Shown: positions 28,868 to 38,280 of the stretch, in pieces | Position numbering within the stretch: position 1 is the first letter of the stretch | How the letters are laid out: every line of letters begins with the position of its first letter | DNA from: an uncultured delta proteobacterium | GTDB taxonomy: Bacteria; Desulfobacterota; Binatia; Binatales; Binataceae | Direction: 5' to 3' | Assembly: GCA_963808235.1 (NCBI GenBank) | Contig: CAWEEQ010000004.1 | Coordinates: forward strand, 1,504,001-1,568,000 | Length of the DNA stretch: 64,000 bases | Position numbers and translations under genes: made by a program | The notes under the pieces: model-generated | Seen by the model: only the letters and a program-made list of their open reading frames with translations | What the model was told of the DNA's origin: nothing | The model's database searches: none

Positions 28868-29506
28868 CTAGCGCTTGCGCTGGTACATCCGCCACGTCTT
28901 GACTCCGAGCGGATACAACTCGCCAAGCACCTCGTAACCCTTGCCGCTGTAGAACGCGACGTTGGCTTCGGTGGCCGTCTCCAGGTACACACCCGCGATC
29001 TCGGGGCGCACGCTCGCTTCGAGCTTGAGCCGGTCGAGCAGCGCGCTGCCATAGTGCTTGCCCTGAAACGGCGGGTCGACGCCGAGCACTTGCAGGTACA
29101 GATGAGGCTCTTTGGGATGATTCTCCGAGAGCACGCTGAACAGGTTAAGCGCGCGGCCGATTCCGCTCCATCCGAGCGCGCGGACCATCCGCGGCATCTG
29201 CCCAAGTCCGGTCATCAGCAAGCCGAGCACGCCGGGATGCCCGACACCTTCGCTCATCGCGGCTCCGACCACGCGTCCATTGTCGTCGACCACGCCGAAG
29301 ACCGGCTGTCCGCTGCGCCGCTCGATCGCGAGCATCGCGCGGAACAAGTCGGCCAGATGCTCGGCGCGCGCAACCGGATCGGTGATGTCCGGAAGGATCG
29401 ACCGCATGGTCGGATCGTTTATAAAGGCGCGTCCGAGCGAGACCGCGGCCTGATCGTGTTGCTCGGGATATACGACGGTGACTAGCGGCCTTTCATTTTC
29501 AGGCAT
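28868..29506 (-). CDS. GNAT family N-acetyltransferase
   Basis: YLQVLGVDP..QGK.YG, YLET...NVAFY...G. Confidence 0.85.
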   Translation of the reverse strand: MPENERPLVTVVYPEQHDQAAVSLGRAFINDPTMRSILPDITDPVARAEHLADLFRAMLAIERRSGQPVFGVVDDNGRVVGAAMSEGVGHPGVLGLLMTGLGQMPRMVRALGWSGIGRALNLFSVLSENHPKEPHLYLQVLGVDPPFQGKHYGSALLDRLKLEASVRPEIAGVYLETATEANVAFYSGKGYEVLGELYPLGVKTWRMYQRKR

Positions 29507-29530
29507 TCGATTCTCCAGGCTTAAGCAAGT

Positions 29531-31033
29531 TCAATGTTGAGAAGATGTAAGTACGCGCCCGACCGCGTCATGCCATCCCGCGAGCAACTTATCGCGTTCG
29601 GCCGAGCGCATTTTCGGGGTGAACACGTCGCCGCGCTTGATGATCGCGTGCAAGTCCTCCGGCGATTTCCATACTCCCATCGCAAGTCCCGCCAGCATCG
29701 CGGCGCCCATCGCGGTGGTCTCCGCGATCTTCGCGCGACGCACCGGCTTGCCAAGAATATCGGCCTGGAACTGCATCAGGTAGCGGTTCGCGGTAGCGCC
29801 TCCGTCGGCGCGCAAGTCGCTCATCGATTCGCCGGTGTCGGATTCCATCGCAACGATCACGTCGCGCACCTGGTACGCGATACTGTCGAGCGTCGCGCGC
29901 ACGATATCGGCGGCGGTTGTCCCGCGCGTGATTCCGAGTATCGCGCCCGTTGCAGTCGCATCCCAATGCGGTGCGCCTAGTCCGACGAAAGCCGGAACCA
30001 CGTATGGCTGTGTGCGGTCCGGATTTTTCCTCAAGCTCGCACGCGCCTGCTCATAAGAATCCGCCGCGGTGCGAATCAACTTCAGCCCGTCGCGAAGCCA
30101 TTGCACGGCCGCGCCTGCGATGAACACCGAACCTTCCAATGCGTATACAGGCTCCCCGGCTGGACCGAGTGCGGCCGTGGTCAGCAAGCGATTTTTCGAG
30201 ACCACGATTGCGCCGCCCGTGTTCATCACCAGGAACGCGCCGGTTCCATAGGTCGCCTTCGAATCGCCGGCGTGAAATCCTCCCTGTCCGTAGAGGGCTG
30301 ACTGCTGATCGCCGATCACTGCCGCGATTGGTATCGCGCGTGAGGCGATCGTACCGGCCGCCGCCTCTGCCAGCGGACCTCGCGAACTCACCGCCGCCGG
30401 GATCATCTCGCGCGGCACCCCGAGCATCGCAAGCATCGTGTCGTCCCATTGAAGATGTTCGAGATTGAATAGCATCGTGCGCGACGCGTTGGTGTAGTCA
30501 GTCACGAAACTCGCGCCGCGCGACAATTTAAAAGTGAGCCAGGTGTCGATCGTGCCGAAGCACAGCTCGCCCCGACTCGCGCGCGCGCGCAATTCGGGTT
30601 TCGCGTCGAGCAGCCACTTGAGCTTGGTGCCGGAGAAATATGGATCGACAATCAACCCGGTGCGGCGAATGACTTCGGGCTCGCGATCGCGCAGGGCGTC
30701 GCAGATTTCCGCGCTGCGGCGGCATTGCCATACGATCGCGCGATGCACCGGGCGGCCGCTCTTGCGCTCCCACACCACGAACGTTTCGCGCTGATTGGTG
30801 ATGCCGATTCCCGCAATCGCGCTCGCATCGATCTTCGCCGCGGCGATCGCTTTTTTCGAGAGCGTGACCACCGAGCGGTAGATTTCCTCTGGGTCATGCT
30901 CGACCCATCCCGGCTTCGGATAGAATTGACGAATCTCGGCATAGGCGCGCCCGCGGATACGCGCGCCGCGATCGACGACGAACACGGTCGTGCCGGTGGT
31001 CCCCTGGTCGATGGCAAGTATGAAGTCTGGCAT
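29531..31033 (-). CDS. glpK: Glycerol kinase
   Basis: DQGTT, GITNQRET, YFSGTK, GDQQ, TYGTG, GLGAPHW, DGG. Confidence 0.95.
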   Translation of the reverse strand: MPDFILAIDQGTTGTTVFVVDRGARIRGRAYAEIRQFYPKPGWVEHDPEEIYRSVVTLSKKAIAAAKIDASAIAGIGITNQRETFVVWERKSGRPVHRAIVWQCRRSAEICDALRDREPEVIRRTGLIVDPYFSGTKLKWLLDAKPELRARASRGELCFGTIDTWLTFKLSRGASFVTDYTNASRTMLFNLEHLQWDDTMLAMLGVPREMIPAAVSSRGPLAEAAAGTIASRAIPIAAVIGDQQSALYGQGGFHAGDSKATYGTGAFLVMNTGGAIVVSKNRLLTTAALGPAGEPVYALEGSVFIAGAAVQWLRDGLKLIRTAADSYEQARASLRKNPDRTQPYVVPAFVGLGAPHWDATATGAILGITRGTTAADIVRATLDSIAYQVRDVIVAMESDTGESMSDLRADGGATANRYLMQFQADILGKPVRRAKIAETTAMGAAMLAGLAMGVWKSPEDLHAIIKRGDVFTPKMRSAERDKLLAGWHDAVGRVLTSSQH

Positions 31034-31210
31034 CGCTGTAGTTGCCTCTCCCGTACAGCGAGAGGCGATTAAGAATCCTATTTATAGAGTGCTCGCGCGA
31101 CAATCATCGCGGCACGCACTCGAACCCCGCGCATGCTTGCCTCGGATGTTTTCTTGAGTCCATGATAAGCGCGCTTGGCGGGCAGGCCTTCGTTAAGGAC
31201 CGTGAGATCG

Positions 31211-32575
31211 ATGAGTGAATTGGTCGAAAATAAAGAGGACCTGATCCGCTACTTCGAAGGCGGCGCCAAGCCGCGCGAGCAGTGGCGAATCGGCACGGAA
31301 TACGAAAAGGTCGCCGTTCGCAGCGCCGATGGGACCGCGATGCCCTATTCCGGCGCCGGCGGAGTCGAGGACCTCCTCCGCAAGATGGCCGACAACTACG
31401 GCTTCGAGCCCGAGGACGAGCACGGCCGCATCCTGGCCCTCAAGGGCGACCGCGCCGCGATCACGATCGAGCCCGGTGGACAGATCGAGCTGTCAGGCGA
31501 ACAGTGCGATACCATCCACTGCGCCTACGCCGAGTTCGCCACCCATGTACGACAGTTGATCGAAGTAACCAGCCGAATTGGCGCGACGGTCGTCGGCCTC
31601 GGGATGCAACCGCTCAGCCGCATCGATCAGATCGAGCTGTTGCCGAAGGCCCGCTACCACATCATGTATCCGTACATGGCGCGCAAGGGCACGCTCGGTC
31701 AACGCATGATGAAGCAGACCGCGGGCGTTCAGGCTAATCTCGATTACCGTGACGAGGCCGACGCGATGCGCAAGCTCCGCGTCAGCATGGGAATCGTGCC
31801 GCTGCTCTATGCGATCTTCGCCAACTCACCGCTGAGCGACGGCGATCTCAACGGCTATCACACTTTCCGCGGCCATATCTGGACCGACACCGACAACGAG
31901 CGCAGCGGGGTGCCCGAATTTGTCTTCCGCGATGGATGCTCGTTCGAAGATTACGCCGAGTATGCGCTCGACGTGCCGATGTATTTCCTGATTCGCCATC
32001 ATGAGTACATCGATCTCACCCAGCCACCCGGCATCACGTTTCGCCAATATCTCGAGCGCGGATTCGGCCGCGAGCGCGCCACCGTCGACGACTGGACCAA
32101 TCACCTGACCACCATTTTCACCGAGGTCCGCCTGAAGCGGTACGTCGAGGTGCGCACCGCCGACAGCCAGCCGCCCGCATTTATGCTGGCGCTGCCGGCC
32201 CTGCTCAAGGGCGTGCTATACAACGACGATTGCATCGGCGCGGCTTGGGATCTCGTGAAGGGTTGGAGCTATCGCGAACGGCTCGAAATCACCAACCATG
32301 CGCATCAAGTCGGCCTCGACGCACGCGTCGGACGGATCAAACTGAGTGAGCTCGGCTACGAGTTGCTCTCGATCGCGGCGCGCGGCCTCGAGCGGCAGCG
32401 GTCGTTGAACGATCGCGGCCAGGATGAGAGCATCTACCTGCTGCGCCTGATGGACCTGGTCAGGAGTGGACATAGCCAGGCGAGCCTCGTGATCAGCCGC
32501 TGGAAGGGTGAATGGAACTACGACTTCTCACGTCTGGTTAAAGGATGCGCCTATCAGGCGGAAGCTATTTTGTAG
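31211..32575 (+). CDS. gshA: Glutamate-cysteine ligase (GCS2 type)
   Basis: WRIGTE.EK, EPGGQ.ELSG, PK.RY.IM..YM, QANLDY, FANSP, EVRLK.Y.EVR.AD. Confidence 0.9.
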   Translation: MSELVENKEDLIRYFEGGAKPREQWRIGTEYEKVAVRSADGTAMPYSGAGGVEDLLRKMADNYGFEPEDEHGRILALKGDRAAITIEPGGQIELSGEQCDTIHCAYAEFATHVRQLIEVTSRIGATVVGLGMQPLSRIDQIELLPKARYHIMYPYMARKGTLGQRMMKQTAGVQANLDYRDEADAMRKLRVSMGIVPLLYAIFANSPLSDGDLNGYHTFRGHIWTDTDNERSGVPEFVFRDGCSFEDYAEYALDVPMYFLIRHHEYIDLTQPPGITFRQYLERGFGRERATVDDWTNHLTTIFTEVRLKRYVEVRTADSQPPAFMLALPALLKGVLYNDDCIGAAWDLVKGWSYRERLEITNHAHQVGLDARVGRIKLSELGYELLSIAARGLERQRSLNDRGQDESIYLLRLMDLVRSGHSQASLVISRWKGEWNYDFSRLVKGCAYQAEAIL

Positions 32576-32589
32576 AAGCGATTTTGTAG

Positions 32590-33537
32590 ATGGAACTGAG
32601 ATTTACGCAGCGCCACGTCGTCGCCCTGAATTTCCTGCTGATCGCGGGAGTCGTATATTTCGGCGCGCGATGCGTTAACGACATCGTCTTGCGCACCATG
32701 TCCTCCAACAAGGGAGCACCGATCGAGGCGGCCGCGGCGCCGCGCACTGCCTCCGGAATTCGGACCCGCGCCTACTACGACACTATCGTCACGCGCGACG
32801 TCTTCAACCTGGTGCCGCAGCAAAGTGCGCCCGCACCAGTCGTCGCCGAGGACCTGCACCTCAAACTGCTCGGCACTTCGCTGCTGAGCAGATCCAAGCC
32901 GTACGCCATAATCGAGGATCAGTCCGGCACCCAATCGCTCTACCAGGTGGGAGAGGACATCCCCGACGCGGGCCGGCTGATAAGCGTCGAACCCACTCGC
33001 GCGATCATTGATCGCGGCGGTCAGCGCGTCGCGATCGAAATTCCCGCCACGGATATTCCCGAGGCCGGACCCTCGCGTCTCGGGGTGCCGCCCGGAATTC
33101 TCCCGCACGGCCTGGGCATCCCCACTCTCAGCCGCCACGGAGCGATCCGGCGTCCAGCCCGCCCCGCCAACAACGATGACGACGACAGCAGTAAGCTCGA
33201 ACTCAAGAAGCTTGGCCCCGGAAAGTTTGAGGCCAGTCGAGCGCAAGTAGCCAGTACGATGCAGAACCCGGCGCAGCTCTTCTCGCAGATGCGCGCCCTG
33301 CCCCATTTCGTCAATGGCAAAACTGACGGCTTCTCGATTTCAAACGTTGCCCCCGGTTCGGTATTCGAGCAGCTCGGTCTCCAGGACGGCGATATGCTTA
33401 CCGAGATCGACGGACAGCCGGTGACCAATCCGATGCAGGCGATGGGCCTGATGCAGGCCGTGCAGACTGCGTCGTCGATCGATCTGACCCTCCAAAGAGG
33501 CGGCAGTCCGACTCGGGTTCATCTGGATCTCCGCTGA
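32590..33537 (+). CDS. gspC: Type II secretion system protein C (TM, HR, PDZ)
   Basis: N-terminal TM, LKLLGT, AIIED, PDZ LGLQDGD..TEIDG. Confidence 0.8.
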   Translation: MELRFTQRHVVALNFLLIAGVVYFGARCVNDIVLRTMSSNKGAPIEAAAAPRTASGIRTRAYYDTIVTRDVFNLVPQQSAPAPVVAEDLHLKLLGTSLLSRSKPYAIIEDQSGTQSLYQVGEDIPDAGRLISVEPTRAIIDRGGQRVAIEIPATDIPEAGPSRLGVPPGILPHGLGIPTLSRHGAIRRPARPANNDDDDSSKLELKKLGPGKFEASRAQVASTMQNPAQLFSQMRALPHFVNGKTDGFSISNVAPGSVFEQLGLQDGDMLTEIDGQPVTNPMQAMGLMQAVQTASSIDLTLQRGGSPTRVHLDLR

Positions 33538-33540
33538 GCG

Positions 33541-34620
33541 ATGGAAGTACGCGCCGCGCGCCGAAGCGAGCGTGACGAAGTGCTCGACCTGCTCGAGCCT
33601 TGGCATAACGACCGCGAGTTTTTCGCCCGCTACAACAAAATCGATCCCGGCTTTCGCGACGAGCTGTGCCTGGTCGCGCGCGACGGCGGCCGCCTGGTTT
33701 CCACCGTGCAGATTTTCGATCGCGCCATAAATCTCGACGGTCAGACCGTTAAGATGGGCGGGATCGGCTCGGTCTTCACCCGCGCGGAATATCGCCACCA
33801 ACGCGTCGCGTCGGCGCTGATGCGTCTCGCGGTCGATACGATGGTGCGCGAGGGCTTCGAAGTGTCGTTGCTGTTCGCCGATCGCCTCACCTTCTACAAC
33901 CAGTTCGGATGGCGCGAGGTCGCCCGCAAGTTGACCGTGATGGCCGCCGCGTCGCAGTTGAAACCGGCCGATCCGAAAAGTTGGGACCGGTTCGAAATAG
34001 ATTCCTTCGAAGAGGCGCGCGACTTCGCGGAAATCGTGGCGATTCATCGCGCCTACAGCGGCCGCTTCAATGTCACCGCGATCCGCGACGAGCCCGCGTG
34101 GCGCGCGAACCTGCGTTTCGCCGGCAATCAACCGGGCCAGGGCTCGGAGGAGTACTTTACGATTTGCCGCGACCACGACCACGATAGCCGCATCGCCGCC
34201 TATGCACGCGTCACGCGCTATTACGGCATCGCGATGGTCATGGAGTTCGGCTACCGGCCCGGCGACAGCGACGCGATGCTGGCGACGTTCAAGTATCTCG
34301 CCGATATATCGTCGGGAGCGGCAATCTCGATTCGCCGTGTCGGCGATCATCGCCACGCCGCGCTGATGCGTGCAACGTCCGAGCGGTCCGCGCCGTCGAC
34401 GCTGGTGACGCATACCGCACACGATCCCGAACTCGAAAAAAAACTGGCCGACGCCGGATGCCCCGTAGCGCATCATGTCGACAACAACTACATGTGGCGC
34501 GTACTGTCGCCGGAGTCCCTCGCCCGCCGCTTCACGATGACTCCCGAGGCCGCGTCAGCGCACGCCTTCGATCTCTTTTCCAGTTCCGATTCCCTATTCT
34601 GGACCGCCGACCGCTTCTAA
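33541..34620 (+). CDS. GNAT (Eis-like) acetyltransferase
   Basis: GGIGSVFT..EYR.Q..AS.LM, FYNQFGW. Confidence 0.8.
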   Translation: MEVRAARRSERDEVLDLLEPWHNDREFFARYNKIDPGFRDELCLVARDGGRLVSTVQIFDRAINLDGQTVKMGGIGSVFTRAEYRHQRVASALMRLAVDTMVREGFEVSLLFADRLTFYNQFGWREVARKLTVMAAASQLKPADPKSWDRFEIDSFEEARDFAEIVAIHRAYSGRFNVTAIRDEPAWRANLRFAGNQPGQGSEEYFTICRDHDHDSRIAAYARVTRYYGIAMVMEFGYRPGDSDAMLATFKYLADISSGAAISIRRVGDHRHAALMRATSERSAPSTLVTHTAHDPELEKKLADAGCPVAHHVDNNYMWRVLSPESLARRFTMTPEAASAHAFDLFSSSDSLFWTADRF

Positions 34621-34630
34621 ATTCCCGGGG

Positions 34631-34815
34631 CCTCCTCCCTTCGGAAGAGGTCGTCGCGCGCGTACGCGCGCGACGGGTGCCACGCACCACCGAAGCTCAA
34701 TTCACTCAGCCGCCGTTCGCGTTCTCCTTTTCCGTCATCCCCCTTCTGTCGTCCTGAGCGAAAGCTGCTGAAGTCGAAGGGGGCTTCCGGCGAAGCGATG
34801 CTCTTTCTTTTTTGT
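34631..34815. repeat. REP/MITE-like palindromic mosaic
   Basis: CCTCCTCCCTTCGGAAGAGG hairpin; GTCGTCCTGAGCGAA; GGCGAAGCGATGCTCTTT also present at ~36891. Confidence 0.55.
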
Positions 34816-35385
34816 GCCTCCACAGTTTTTGTGTCATTCCGAGCGAAGCCGAGGAACCCCGGATCTTTCTCGACCCCGATCACACCACGCCCTGCGCGCT
34901 CCGGCAACGCGACCGCCAACAAGATCCCCATCTCTCCCTTCGGGAGAGGTCGACGGAGTCCGCGAACGTCGGGTGAGGGCGCCGGCTTCCAGCTCGATGC
35001 GATCGCCTCCACAGTTTTTGTGTCATTCCGAGCGAAGCCGAGGAACCCCGGATCTTTCTCGACCCCGATCACACCACGCCCTGCGCGCTCCGGCAACGCG
35101 CCCGCCAACAAGATCCCCACCTCTCCCTTCGGGAGAGGTCGACGGAGTCCGCGAACGTCGGGTGAGGGCGCCGGCTTCCAGCTCGATGTGATCGCCTCCA
35201 CAGTTTTTGTGTCATTCCGAGCGAAGCCGAGGAACCCCGGATCTTTCTCGACCCCGATCACACCACGCCCTGCGCGCTCCGGCAACGCGCCCGCCAACAA
35301 GATCCCCACCTCTCCCTTCGGGAGAGGTCGACGGAGTCCGCGAACGTCGGGTGAGGGCGCCGGCTTCCAGCTCGATGCGATCGCC
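34816..35385. repeat. Tandem repeat, 3 x 189 bp, built from REP-like units
   Basis: Units start at 34816, 35005 and 35194; only three variable positions seen; each contains GTCATTCCGAGCGAAGCCGAGGAA and CTCTCCCTTCGGGAGAG...GGGTGAGGG. Confidence 0.95.
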
Positions 35386-35489
35386 CTCATCCCCCCGCTC
35401 TGCTTCTCCTGACGCGCGCGCTTCGCGCTGGCATTTGAATTGACGTTGGCGGATTCTGATGGGCAGGTTGAGGTGCGGAGGATGCCGCG

Positions 35490-36716
35490 ATGAAGGTTCT
35501 GTCACGATCCGATGCTTGTTCCTTTAAATTTCGCACGATAGTCGCAGCGATTCTCGCGATCGCGACCACGATGGCTCCAGGAGCCGCTGGCGCGGCCCGG
35601 CGCCATCGGGCGCCCGCCAATGCTGAGGAAGCGCCTGCCGATGCCGCCAGCAAATTGCTGGGCGAATACACCGAGGCATGCGTGCTCGAGCCGGTCACCG
35701 GCACCATCATTTTCGAGGCCAACGATCGCAAGCCGTGGCCGACCGCCTCGCTCGCCAAGATGATGGTCATGCTCATCGTCGCCGAAAAGATTCACGACGG
35801 CTCGCTCAAGCTCACCGACAATGTGACCACGTCGCGCAAGGCTGCCAAGGAGGGCGGCTCCCAGGTCTATCTCAAGGAAGGCGAAACGTTTTCGCTCGAC
35901 GACATGATGAAGGCGGTAGTCGTGCATTCGGCCAATGACGCAACCGTCGCGGTCGCTGAATATATCGCGGGCTCGACTGACTCGTTTGTCCTGATGATGA
36001 ATCAGCGCGCCGCGTCACTCGGATTGAAGGATACCCACTATTACAATGTCCACGGCCTGCCGCCCGAGCCGGGACAATCGGCCGACGTGGCAAGCGCTTA
36101 CGACACCGCGATTCTGGCCCGCGAGCTGGTCCGTTATCCCGATGTAATCCGATGGTCGTCGATCGACACGGCGCCCTTTCGCGGCGGCACCTTCGTGCTG
36201 CGCAACACCAATCACATGGTGAGGACTTATCCCGGATGCGACGGGCTCAAGACCGGATTCTACGACCAGGCAGGCTTCAACGTAGTCGCGACCGCGAAGC
36301 GCAGCGGACTCAGGTTGATTGCGGTGGTCCTCGGCAGTCAGCACAAACTGACCAACTTCAAAGACGCCTCCGAGATGCTCTCCCAGGGATTTCTGAATTA
36401 CGAGCTACACCCGATCGCCAAAAAAGGAGCGGCGATATCTCAAGCGGTGGCGGTGACGGACGCTGATATTGAGAGCATCAAGCCGGTCTGGGCCGACGAC
36501 GCCGGCGTATTCGTAAAACGCAGCGACCAAAAAAATACCATCAAGGTGGACTACAACGTCCCAGCATCAATCGCAGCCCCAATCAAAGCCGGCCAACAAC
36601 TAGGCACCGCACGCATAACCGAAGGCGGCCAGCCAGTAGCCACAATCGCCCTGCTATCCCCCTCCGAAATCCCAAAGAAAAAATCAATAGTCAAACGCCT
36701 CTTCGGCCTCTTCTAA
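35490..36716 (+). CDS. dacA: D-alanyl-D-alanine carboxypeptidase (peptidase S11)
   Basis: ASLAK (SxxK), SAN (SxN), KTG, NVHGL. Confidence 0.9.
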   Translation: MKVLSRSDACSFKFRTIVAAILAIATTMAPGAAGAARRHRAPANAEEAPADAASKLLGEYTEACVLEPVTGTIIFEANDRKPWPTASLAKMMVMLIVAEKIHDGSLKLTDNVTTSRKAAKEGGSQVYLKEGETFSLDDMMKAVVVHSANDATVAVAEYIAGSTDSFVLMMNQRAASLGLKDTHYYNVHGLPPEPGQSADVASAYDTAILARELVRYPDVIRWSSIDTAPFRGGTFVLRNTNHMVRTYPGCDGLKTGFYDQAGFNVVATAKRSGLRLIAVVLGSQHKLTNFKDASEMLSQGFLNYELHPIAKKGAAISQAVAVTDADIESIKPVWADDAGVFVKRSDQKNTIKVDYNVPASIAAPIKAGQQLGTARITEGGQPVATIALLSPSEIPKKKSIVKRLFGLF

Positions 36717-36774
36717 TAATATTCCAGGGCAACGGCGGTGGGTTCATTGAAAAAAAGTTCCTGTTAAATCCGGT

Positions 36775-36915
36775 CCCCCTCCCACCAGGGGAAGGGGATT
36801 AGGGGTTAGGTTTGCCGAGGTTCAAGCAAATTTTTCTGTCGCGCTCCGACCGAAGCGCGGGACCGGAGCCTGCCCTGAGTATTCCCGAAGGGCGAAGCGA
36901 TGCTCTTTTCTTGTG
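36775..36915. repeat. REP-like palindromic mosaic
   Basis: CCCCCTCCC..GGGGAAGGGG..AGGGGTTAGG; GAGCCTGCCCTGAG..CGAAGGG; GGCGAAGCGATGCTCTTT. Confidence 0.55.
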
Positions 36916-36920
36916 TAGTC

Positions 36921-37095
36921 TTGACGCGCCAAGCCCAAAATCGTAGTTAGTTAGAAGCACATATTCCGGGTGACGCCTGCTTAAGTAGGGAACGTGACCC
37001 GTGTTTGTTCGGTTGGGCGGAAATCTGCCCAGATGCCGAATGAACACGGGTCTTTTTTTGGCCGCACGGGTTTTTTCCGAAAGGAGGTCTGAGCG
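36921..37095 (+). promoter_or_regulatory. Promoter plus structured 5' leader with intrinsic terminator (candidate attenuator/riboswitch)
   Basis: TTGACG-N17-TAGTTA; stem GACCCGTGTT/AACACGGGTC (36996-37052) plus T7; alternative pairing with GGGTGACG (36968-36975). Confidence 0.55.
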
Positions 37096-37854
37096 ATGGT
37101 ATTCGAAGATTCAGAGATAGAGCAGTTCGTATCTGACGGATACGTGGTCTTGCGCCGAGCGTTCTCGCGCGAGGTGGCAGAGGAATGCCGCAGATTCGTC
37201 TGGAATCAAGTTCAGCTGTGGGACGACTGCACGACATACGGGCAGCCGATGGTGCAGATCCGAAAAGGATTCGGCTGCGCGCCGTTCGATCGGATCATGA
37301 ATGAACGGCTTGCCTCGGCTTGGGATCAGCTCGTCGGAGTCGGACGATGGCGCGCGCCGCAAGTCTACGGATACTGGTCGATGCTTCTGCCGGGGTTCTC
37401 AGGTCCGGGAGGATGGCATGTCGATGGTGGCAGCTTCCGGAGCAGCGGGCACTTGACTGATCACCACCATGGGCTTGTCACGCTCTTTCTGTTCTCTGAC
37501 GTTGGATCGGGCGACGGCGGTACTGCGATGATACGCGGCTCTCACCTTTTAGTCGCGCGCGCGATTGCCGCCGCGCGCGGCGGGGTCAGTTGGGACGAGC
37601 TCAAGCCGGCACTCGAAGCCGCGGGCGTGCTGAATCCGGGCGAGTCTCAGATCGCGCATCTCGTCGGTCAAGCGGGTGACGTCGCCCTGATGCATCCGTT
37701 CCTGATTCACGGCTTCGGAGCTAATCAGGGAAGTCGCATTCGATTTGCATGCAATCCTTTGGTGCAAATGACCGACGAAGCCGAGCTGGACCGCCCCGAC
37801 GGCAAATACTCCCCCGTCGAGGCGGCTCTCCGAAAAGGACTGGGGATGGAGTAG
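37096..37854 (+). CDS. Phytanoyl-CoA dioxygenase (PhyH) family 2OG-Fe(II) oxygenase
   Basis: F..DGYVVL, WHVDG, GGT...GSH, AGDV..MHP...H. Confidence 0.85.
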   Translation: MVFEDSEIEQFVSDGYVVLRRAFSREVAEECRRFVWNQVQLWDDCTTYGQPMVQIRKGFGCAPFDRIMNERLASAWDQLVGVGRWRAPQVYGYWSMLLPGFSGPGGWHVDGGSFRSSGHLTDHHHGLVTLFLFSDVGSGDGGTAMIRGSHLLVARAIAAARGGVSWDELKPALEAAGVLNPGESQIAHLVGQAGDVALMHPFLIHGFGANQGSRIRFACNPLVQMTDEAELDRPDGKYSPVEAALRKGLGME

Positions 37855-38280
37855 ACAGCGCCCGCACATCGCCGCGCCAATCAAAGGCGGCCAACAAATT
37901 TGTTCCCACGCGCCGGGGGCGATTCCCTCAAGGCTGTTTGTGCGTTGGACAGGTAACACACATCTTAAGTCTGGACAGTGGGTGCAGGGGTCGGGTCAGG
38001 ATGTCGCGGCCTGAACCACTGCTTACCCGCCTCGCCCGTGTTGCGGGAGAGGCCGCGTCCGGGCGGGTGGGGTGTCTGCTCCTGCCGCCCCGCGCGTAGC
38101 GGTATAAATCCCAAATAAAGCGTAGGTAGCTAAACGTTTGTTTAACATTTTGTGAGACGCTGAGTATGGAAATTGTCGCATATGTAACAATTTTAATTAG
38201 GGATCGTGTCCGCTAACTGATAGTCTTGCCTTCCGAACTGTTTCCAGACTGTTTTCCCTCTGGATCATCTCTCTTCAAAA

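Noticed and set aside
34816-35385. CRISPR array
   Set aside because: Units are contiguous and near-identical with no unique spacers; no cas genes
34617-35412. 257-aa and 204-aa repeat proteins over the 189-bp tandem repeat
   Set aside because: Open frames follow from the 189-bp period and GC content; the units are REP-like palindromes and no RBS is evident
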